From NCBI RefSeq assembly GCF_001194135.2, contig NC_068984.1, positions 36,487,729 through 36,519,811 on the forward strand: a stretch of DNA of 32,083 nt, written 5' to 3'. The translations under genes were made by a program, and so were the position numbers. Positions 23,745-32,083 of the stretch are shown one piece after another (position 1 is the stretch's first letter; each line of letters starts with the position of its first letter). The stretch comes from Octopus bimaculoides (taxonomy: Eukaryota). A model generated the notes under the pieces. That model was not told the DNA's origin and did not search any database. It saw only the letters and a program-made list of their open reading frames with translations.

Positions 23745-24149
23745 TTTCCTTTATTAATTTAGCTTTCTATTTGTTTTTTTATGGATCGATTGTTATCTTG
23801 TCTAAATAAAATCAAACATTCTGTGCATGCATGCAATCTTTTATATTAGCTGAAATTTCCAATCTAACAGAACGGCATACTTGCTGTAGAAGAGAATATA
23901 TCTCTTTTCTCGAATTGCTTCTTCTAGTGTTTTGGAATTTGAACTATTTTATGTATGCATGTACCTTTTACAATTACTCCATAGCCTGTTATAAAAAAAT
24001 ATGCTTGAATTTATTTCCGATTCTCGTTTTGTTTCGGTAATCTATATAGCATTTTCTTCCTATGTACTACTTTTAAGATAATATATAGACATATATTAAT
24101 TTATTTTCTAATTAAAGTAAATTAATAAGCACTATTATCTTACTAAAAT

Positions 24150-24345
24150 TCAGTGAGCTGGTTGAAACGTCAGAACGTGGAACAAACGCATAGCAGCATT
24201 ACGGCTCTTTACTTTCTGAGTTCAAATTCCGCCGAGGTGAATTTTGCTAAAACTTAAAGTGTCATTAAAATATGCACCAGTTAGGTACTGGGTTCGCTGT
24301 AATAGGCTATCTCCTGCTCATCGACATTGCATGCCAAAGTTAATA
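24150..24345 (+). mobile_element. SINE family A copy (diverged)
   Basis: GAGCTGGTTGAAACGTCAG..TTCTGAGTTCAAATTCCGCCGAGGT..GCACCAGTTAGGTACTGGGTTCG aligns to the other copies; B box intact. Confidence 0.85.
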
Positions 24346-24965
24346 ATTATAGTAGTAATTGTGACAGTCAAAGAATCGCCTAACAGTTCTGTCATTGCAT
24401 TCCAGCTGCGTTGTGATTTCAAATCCTGCCAATTTCAACATGACAGTTCACAATTTAGGTCCAACATTAAAATACTACCCAGTATTGAAGTCGTTTACTC
24501 AGTTACTCTGTCTCGCATTTGTCTCCCTTTTTCAACATTGACATCAGACTGAAGTGTCCAGCAACATACGATAACGGCTCTGCTGTATGGGGATCATATT
24601 ACTGCTAAACGTAATTTTCAGGAGCACGCCTTAATTTTACCGGGCAACGGTATACTGTCCATAGAGAAAAACAATTAAAAATCGACAACAAAGAAGGGAG
24701 ACTGGTGGAATTGCAACCATGTCGGACTGAATATATTGTATTATTTGTTACATATTAAAGATCTTTTCTATTTCACTGCGACTTTTCAATTTCTTCAATT
24801 CCTGTTCAATTGATTTCATATTAGGTGTAATTATGTAACTTTGTATGGTAATCAATGACATGGAATTCATTTTCACCACATCTCAAATAAATATAAATTC
24901 AACAGCACGTAAAGTTTGCAAATTTTGCGTAGTGTTAGCTAATCGTAAGCCACAGACTCATTCAT

Positions 24966-24987
24966 GCTTGTTTCCATGGTAACAAGC
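24966..24987. promoter_or_regulatory. RFX X-box-like palindrome GTTTCCATGGTAAC (24970-24983) within a 22-bp dyad
   Basis: GCTTGTT-TCCATGGT-AACAAGC; matches the X-box consensus GTNRCC(N0-3)RGYAAC apart from T at the R position. Function is inferred. Confidence 0.45.
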
Positions 24988-25559
24988 CCAGCTGTTACAA
25001 AGCTGCTTACTTACGCAGTCGTTTTTCGCTTAAGTTCCACACCATTTTTTTGCAGGGTATTTGAATAATCGCATGAATTACCGTATGTAGAATACAAATT
25101 CGCTAACAGTTTCAGAAAATTCTGAAATATGGTAAAAGTTATGAGGGTTTATATAGCGTGAGAAAAGTAGAATTTTGGCAATATTTCATTTGTTTACAGG
25201 TGACACAACGTGTTTTCACGTACAAAATGACAGCTTTCAAATTCTTTCTACCTGGGTAAAAATGACGAAATTTAAACCACTGTACCTTTTTCTTAAATTC
25301 TAATTTTCTGGGAAAACTAAATATACCCTGAGATTTAGCTTGGAAAATTACATCAATACACCGAATTTTTAAATTTTCACTAAATGTTCTAATTTCAAAC
25401 TCTGATAAAGATCTCATATTACATTATTATATTATGATCTTTAGCTTGATTTGTTTGGTTTTCAAGTCATACCAAAATTAAATTTGCTTTCCATTCTTCC
25501 GGGTTTGACAACACGGTGTACCAGTCATATGTTATTAGTGTTGATGTGACAAAGTCAGA

Positions 25560-25686
25560 AATCATCATTATCATCTTCAGCTGCAACATCAGCAGCAACA
25601 TCAGCAGCAGCAACATCAGCAGCAGCAACATCAGCAGCAGCAACATCATCATCAGCAGCAACATCATCATCATCATCATCATCATG

Positions 25687-25718
<32 letters not shown>

Positions 25719-25745
25719 TTGTAGTAGTAGTAGTAGTAGTAGTGA
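25560..25745. repeat. (CAG/CAA/CAT)n then (TAG)n trinucleotide repeat with recurring CAGCAGCAACAT units
   Basis: Visible repeat; the Q/H frame is bounded by stops on both sides. Confidence 0.93.
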
Positions 25746-26002
25746 ATTTTTGGTGTGGCGTAATTATAAAGAATTGTCTCATGAGGAAATGCAGAGAATG
25801 GCTTCCTTACCGGTTCGAATATTTTCCAAGCGTATTTGAACTTATAACAAGTTTGTGTTTAATATCACTGCGTAGTGTATAAAATAACAGCACACAAATG
25901 GCGTCTAAGTTAGCTACAGCTCTTTCGATACTGTTTACGACTACACTGAACAGCTATTGGTAATTTGGACACCATTTTGTGTTACTATACTTACTTACGT
26001 GC

Positions 26003-26039
26003 ATATATACATACATAAGTACATACATACATACATACA

Positions 26040-26068
<29 letters not shown>
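26003..26068. repeat. (TACA)n microsatellite
   Basis: Visible run; another at 26490-26553. Confidence 0.95.
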
Positions 26069-26069
<1 letters not shown>

Positions 26070-26070
<1 letters not shown>

Positions 26071-26432
26071 TTATTAGTTGCTTTCCCGTATACGAGAAAA
26101 TCCATTGCTAGAAAGAGTCATTGAAATGAGTCAATGCTGATGCAATGTGAGCCCCTTGTATGACTCTTGAAACCGACGAAAGTTTTGCTCATTCTATTAC
26201 ATAATGCACAGCTATGCTGGCTGGCAGAAGAAACAAGTGCTGCAGTATGAACTCTTTTGACATGCCTTTTCATGAGAGGCACACCTTTTCGCATGTTGCA
26301 CATATTCTGCTGTGTGACAATAGCCATATCACTACTTACCATGAGTCGATTTCTGTGAGTTCTCTGATGGCTGACCAGTCCCACACGACTCAAGCACCTC
26401 CCCGCACAAACCACACACACAAAAAGCAACAC
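26070..26432 (-). mobile_element. RTE-clade LINE 3' end (ORF2 C-terminus with C2H2-like motifs)
   Basis: FVCVVCAGRCLSRVGLVSHQRTH is the typical RTE C-terminal motif (C..C.R.C.SRIGL.SH.R.H); further motifs MKRHVKRVH and CALCNRMSKTFVGFKSHTRGSH; runs into a simple-repeat tail. Confidence 0.8.
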
Positions 26433-26523
26433 TCCCTCATTCTCAATAAGTTCACTCCTTCTACGCTTTCTCCTAATATTCTAGTGCTTCATACACACAT
26501 ATATACATACATACATACATACA

Positions 26524-26555
<32 letters not shown>

Positions 26556-26761
26556 CGAGGGGATGTTGAAAAGTTCTTGGCTTTGGATAAAAGAAAATAC
26601 AGGATGATCAGTTAATTGTTATTTTACTCAAAATAGTCCCATCCCAGATTCACATACTGCAGTAGTCCTTCGGGTTTTCTAAACTCTGTAAAAGAACTCG
26701 GAAGGCTGTGCTACCAACCGGACCTTTCGCAATACCCTTAAGGCACTTTCAGCAGCCTTCG
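26556..26761 (+). mobile_element. Mariner-derived MITE (206 bp)
   Basis: Left TA-CGAGGGGATGTTGAAAAGTTCTTGGCTTT; right end reverse-complements to TA-CGAAGGCTGCTGAAAGTGCCTT; TA flanks at 26554-26555 and 26762-26763; no coding capacity. Confidence 0.8.
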
Positions 26762-27585
26762 TATGTATGTCTGTAATATTTATTTGTAAGAAATAAATTA
26801 TTTCGACCCAGTCCACTACGAGACCTGTAGAAGATAGCGTGACAATTTCAATCTCTCGAAATTTATTGTTAAATAGGAAAACGAATAATATTTTGTCCAG
26901 TAGAATTTCCTAAATCATTTATAATTTAATTTAGGAAAGAATCCTAAACTACTACACATACATTCGTACACACATACAAAGAAACATAAATTCATATTTA
27001 CATACACTCACACACACACACACATGCATATATATATATGCACAGGTTTTAAGACAAATGCATATTGACTCACATATTTTTGAGTGTGTGTGTGTGCGTG
27101 GATAGTCAACTAAGCTGAAGGCTTTGCTAAAGTCAAGATATAAAAACTTTAAAATGTCATAAAAGTGACTTAATCGCTGTGTTAGCTAGTCTCTACCTGA
27201 ACGAAAACCATGCCATTTTTATTTAAGAGGTTGTTACTTTCAAGAAAGCCAGTAAGTCTTCATCTCAACATCCTAAGACACGTTTCTTAATGTTTAGCGA
27301 GAATCAACCAACTAATTCTAGAACATCGACGTCTCAAATGATCAATTTAAGTTTCATGTTTTTAGTGATTGTCATTATAGGTAGCCATACTGAAGGAGTT
27401 TTAGCTTTGTTATTCGTGGGCCATTCTTTCATTAAATACCTGGATTGATACTGTAGTAAGTTAACTCTTAAAATTCTAAAAACAAATCTAATATAATATA
27501 TCTTCGTGAATCTTCAAACCATACCATAATCTGTATCTCGTTCGATTATTTATATGTTAATGGTATATGGAGAGATTTAAAGAAT

Positions 27586-27623
27586 ATGGAACATCGCTAT
27601 TATCATGGTAACATTAAAATAAG
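27586..27623 (+). CDS. Possible upstream coding segment MEHRYYHGNIKI of the plus-strand candidate gene
   Basis: Frame open from about 27472; donor AAG|GTACCT in phase 2 matches the phase needed by exon 28089-28124. Acceptor and true start unclear. Confidence 0.2.
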
Positions 27624-28088
27624 GTACCTGAAATTTATATTGAACGTCAGTAACATGTTTGTAACATTGTGATGAAATGAAAGTAAGATTTCACATGTTT
27701 ATGAAACACAGAACTGAAGGTACGTCCCAAAGCAAAGTGCTTCTGTGCGTATTTTCTTAAATACGTACTGATCTATATTAATGTTACACTGTAAGCGGCA
27801 AAACACTCATCTATACAGATAGTCGATCTGACCGTACATAGCTATACCTACGGCTGTGCATGATGCCTTGAATAATTCATACATAATATAACATCATGGA
27901 TATTTGATACGAGTCTTAAATAATTTCGTTTATGATTCTCAGATAGGAATAATGAATAAAAAATACATATATCAGATAAATCGATTCTGTACTTTTATCA
28001 GCATGTGTTAAACATCTGTTGAATTTCTTTGGTGTATAATCGCCTTAAGTTAAAACCAGTTCCGTCTGTCCATTTTATTCCTTTTCAG

Positions 28089-28124
28089 TGTAAATACAGA
28101 GTATTTCAACATTGTATCTACGAC
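28089..28124 (+). CDS. Candidate 36-nt coding exon (VNTEYFNIVST)
   Basis: Acceptor ccattttattccttttcAG, donor GAC|GTGAGT, open frame in phase 2 at both ends. Confidence 0.55.
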
Positions 28125-28761
28125 GTGAGTCATACTTTTTATTGAAACTTTATTCTCTTCGATAATCATCTTTATTTGCAATTTTTTTCATGAAATGTAT
28201 TTCCATGCCACCATTTATTGACATCACATGCGTACTAAAAAATCTGCTTGAAAATAATTCCTGTTAAAATTACAGTTTTAACAAATGTTAATTGTTGGTA
28301 TTTTGCAACTCCACCTCTTAAAACCACCATGTCAATATGTCAAAATGTATTATGAAAAAGCCTGCACAATGTTTTGTCATACGATCTGAAAACGATGGAA
28401 TATTATATTGTTGTCGAGATTACCGTTGGACATTATCAGGTTTCAATAGAGTGCAGTGGTAATGAAATGAAACGTAACGCTATTGAAAACTATATATTTT
28501 TTACATCGTGATCATTATAAAAAAAAATATCTATTGATAGGAAATGAACATCAGTAAAATATATATGTCGATGTATTCACATTACGATCTATATTTTAAC
28601 GTTGATATTACTAACTACCATAGGAAACCTAAATGTCTGTCAGCAAAGAAGGGTAATTAAGATTGTGAATCGTTTATCCAATTACTATTCTCTTCTTCGA
28701 ATGTTTATAGTCTGTAGAATTTGATTAGCTTTATGAATCATTCAAACGTTGACTTGTTCAG

Positions 28762-28843
28762 AGCCACGAAACTTGAGAACTGGTCACCGGAATTTAAAGA
28801 TTGTGCAGTCTTATTTCATTTACCCAGCATGCAATATACAAAC
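28762..28843 (+). CDS. Candidate 82-nt coding exon (ATKLENWSPEFKDCAVLFHLPSMQYTN)
   Basis: Acceptor gttgacttgttcAG, donor AAC|GTAAGT; phase-2 start joins exon 28089-28124 without a stop. Confidence 0.55.
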
Positions 28844-30429
28844 GTAAGTAAATGCCATTGCTTTACCACAGAATGCCATCATTAAATATATCAAATTAGT
28901 ATATAACACTTTTCCCTGTATTAGCTTCATATTTTGATAATCCTTAGAAAACATCTTATTTACAAGCATGTTTGGAGACCAAATTTCTTTAAAAGTTTTG
29001 CATGATTCCGTTTTTCTAAGAAAACTGTGTTTCAAACAAGAAATCCCCTTATATCAGCTTGATGAGGAGCCATATTTCCATTATATTCTATACTATAGTA
29101 GGACATACAATACATGTATGATCATGAATCAGATAAATATTATTTAGTTTCTTCCTTTATACTTGCTTTTTTGATATTGCATTAATATTCCATCTTCGTT
29201 TCGTTTCCATTTGTTTATTATACTTATGAAATAATCATTCAGAATGTATAAATGACAAACAAATATACAAATATAAAATACAAAGAGCAAAAACAACCGA
29301 ATGTTGATGTTGGAAATTGGTTTGAGCTGGATATAAATATTGACAAAAGAACACCTTTAGGCATCGTACTAAAACATTTGATTTCAAGTGATGAAGAAGG
29401 GGGAGGATTTTGAAAAGCTGTTTCCATATTGATTCGTCTGGAAACTCCTACGAATAGATTGCCGTTGCTTTGGGGATTGAACGAAATATAATAATCAAAG
29501 CAAAAAAATAAAATCATAAAATAAATATTCAAATACAACAATTGAACACATGTAAAACAAAATGATTCGTTCGTTATTTTCAACGTAATTGTTATGCGTT
29601 GTTTGTAATCAAGTAATTTGTTCAAAGAGACCAGACCTACAGAAATAAACGCCTTCGGGGGAGATTTCTGCTAGAATCAAGTAAATTACTTGCTTCTGCA
29701 TTTAATTAAGCCTGGTCTATGAGACTATTCAATCAGTCATAACATTCATAGGGATCAAACGTCTAGTTCAAATAATAAATTTATATATTAGTTTCCGTTG
29801 AGGTTTTCACGTTTATGTTTGATGTTTGACATTATGTCTACGTTCTTTTGTTTTTATTTTTGTTTTGTATTCTTATATTTATTGTCCATTCATTTGGTGC
29901 GATCAATAATCAAATGCTTTGTTGCATAAAATTACATATACTCACCCCATTTACCCCATCCTTTGCAGTACTCTCGCTTTCTCATCGTTACACATCATCC
30001 TCCAACACATTCACTTTTATACCGCAATTAATATATCACTCACTGTATCTAATTCTCGGCCTCTTCTTTTTCGTTTTCATTCTCCCAGTTTTTTCTCGAT
30101 TATTAATATTCTCAATGTTTACTTCCATTGTGTCACTCCCCACCAAATCCTCCTTTCTCTAAATGAAGTTTATTTTATAAATGCTTTTGTTCCAATTTTA
30201 TTAATTAAATTTTATTCATAAACGTGATGTACCGGCTTGTTTGTGTGCATATGTAGACGATATAAAACATCAGCGTTGGAGTAAAGTGTTCAAAACTTAT
30301 CACAGATATTGCAGCGCATAAGGCATTAGTGTTAATGTTTATATTATTCTGGTTTACACGGAATTATTCCACTAATTCCTACCTGTTGTTCAGTTTTTCA
30401 ATTCTATACAGTTTATCTGAGAATATAAA

Positions 30430-30950
30430 CTTCGTTAGGAATATATGAACTTCAGAACACGGATTCAAACTAAGATCATGAACAAATACCTGCAATAAAG
30501 GGAGCAAAAGTACAGAGCAGATTCATTAAATCAGTATTCAGTAGGTTATTGGCATTCAAGAAAAAACGTGGTAATAAGAACAGCAATAGCTTATAAGAAA
30601 CACGACGGAATTATAATACTGAAGTCCTCTTGTTCCGTATAACATGCTTTGAAGTGCAGTCAAACAACTGTGCTACAGTCATACAGAAGACAGACTGTAG
30701 CATCAGTGATTGCCTAGAACATTCGGTCAAGTATAATTAAAAATGAGATATTCAGATACGGTAGGTTAAATCATATCAGAATTAGATTCCTTCAACTCGC
30801 CCACATGATTAAACATCTGGAGAAATTACAGACGCAGTATATGTTTAGAACTAAACACAGAACTGTGCCAACTCTACTAAGCGAGAATACTAACGCAAAA
30901 GCAACTATATCAATGCCAGCAGTAACACGACATATTATTATCTAACATTT
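30430..30950 (+). mobile_element. Probable old RTE-like LINE ORF2 remnant (post-RT region)
   Basis: One plus frame has only three internal stops over about 150 codons and reads KYL.., IAYKKHDGII, IIKNEIFRYGRL, IRIRFLQLAHMIKHLE, loosely matching RTE FKYLGS..AF.KL..IW..ITNEELYG..IR.RRL.FAGH. Confidence 0.4.
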
Positions 30951-31189
30951 TCAACAGCAACTGTATATCCTCGACATTAAAAAGGAAGCAAAAATTACAC
31001 GACTGCTAACTATGAAAATATAGTTTTAAAAATATATAATGAATTAAGCTGAACGTACAATAATACAGTTTTACCATACTGACCCAAATAATTCAGTGAT
31101 TAATCAGTGATACTAAAACTCAAACACGGAAATGTATAGAATTCCATATGTATGTTCGTTTATTCATATACCTCTATGTATATGGGTAT

Positions 31190-31275
31190 ATGTGTGTGCG
31201 TGTATGTGTGTGTGAGTGTGTGTACGCACATGAGCGTGTTGCCTGTATGCACATATACACGCCCATACACGCCTT

Positions 31276-31317
<42 letters not shown>
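31190..31317. repeat. (GT)n and (CA)n microsatellites
   Basis: Visible runs; another (GT)n at 31729-31820. Confidence 0.93.
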
Positions 31318-31821
31318 TAATATCCGAGGATCAAGTTATAGGAAGTTAGAGAGCGTCAGGCCATCTGTAGATGATATAAAAAATTAAAAAACTTCCAGGA
31401 GCAATAGTAGATTATAGGCGCAGAGGATTGTGAATTTTTCCCGTATCGAAGTACGATAAGCTGCAAAAATTTAATTTTACAGTTCACGGTTAGCAATAGG
31501 GTTGATTGATATGCAAATAAACATTCCAAAATGAGGAAATAGAGTATATAATATCAAAGGTGCATACTTTTCATGGCTCAAAGTATCTTTGGCCTGAAAT
31601 GTATTTTGAAGTATCCCCAAGGTTTGGATAATTTACTACTTCCGGGATTCCGCTATCCGTGAAACGTGTGTAGCCTGGATTTTATCTAATCCATTCCCTA
31701 ATTTTGGGATATACATCCATATATACATATGTGTGTGTGTGTGTGTGTGTGTATGTTTGTGTGTGTGTGTGTGTCTGTCTGTCTGCGTGCGTGTGTGTGT
31801 ATGTGTGTGTGTGTGTGTGTA

Positions 31822-32029
31822 CAGTGATTCCTCACCACATCGCAGTTCACCTATCGCGCACTCAGCACTTCGCGGATTTTTCTGTCTAATATATGTAAAT
31901 TCATATGGCGGACTCCTAGGTATATCGCAGGTTTCTGTGGCCGTTAGGTATTTATATCTTTTTATAGATTTTAATTATTTCTGTGAGAGGTTTTGGAACG
32001 TAACACCCACGATATTCGAGGGATTACTG
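31822..32029 (+). mobile_element. Tigger/pogo-type MITE (208 bp)
   Basis: Left TA-CAGTGATTCCTCACCACATCGCAG; right end reverse-complements to TA-CAGTAATCCCTCGAATATCGTGG; TA at 31820-31821 and 32030-32031. Confidence 0.85.
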
Positions 32030-32083
32030 TATATATATATATAAAATTTCAAGGAGTTTCTACCTCAAAAACAGGAACTACAC

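Noticed and set aside
29252-29413. Plus-strand 53-aa ORF (..GNWFELDINIDKRTPLGIVLKHLISSDEEGGGF) and the overlapping minus ORF 29239-29625
   Set aside because: No phase-compatible acceptor, no recognised motif, and the minus ORF is largely low-complexity AT-rich sequence.
1-32083. CRISPR arrays, rRNA genes, operons or prokaryotic systems
   Set aside because: No regular repeat-spacer array, no rRNA-like sequence and no dense ORF organisation; the window is repeat-rich eukaryotic DNA.

Overview
AT-rich, repeat-dominated eukaryotic scaffold sequence with six N-gaps (about 4791-5467, 7496-8415, 9444-10080, 11932-12005, 18506-18684, 19685-20106) and abundant (CA)n/(TA)n/(TACA)n microsatellites. The repeat repertoire looks like a coleoid cephalopod (Octopus-like) genome; this is my recognition, not a database result. 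Well-supported content: a near full-length but dead mariner transposon (6187-7442, DD34D motif), a second mariner fragment and two Tc1/mariner-type MITEs, at least seven tRNA-derived SINE copies, a decayed Hero-type (R2-superfamily, RLE) non-LTR retrotransposon (about 19400-22100, minus) with a SINE nested in it, an RTE-LINE 3' end with C2H2-like motifs, a probable older RTE remnant, and Penelope-like fragments with degenerate hammerhead motifs. No protein-coding gene can be named. The best gene candidates are two phase-compatible plus-strand exons with consensus splice sites (28089-28124, 28762-28843), a palindromic RFX X-box at 24966-24987 that may mark a promoter, a possible minus-strand start-codon exon (23658-23801), and a minus-strand frame of about 237 codons with a single internal stop (1833-2543). 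Most entries in the supplied ORF track are artefacts of microsatellites and N-gaps. I did not find a clearly new biological system; the leads below are ranked with their limits.
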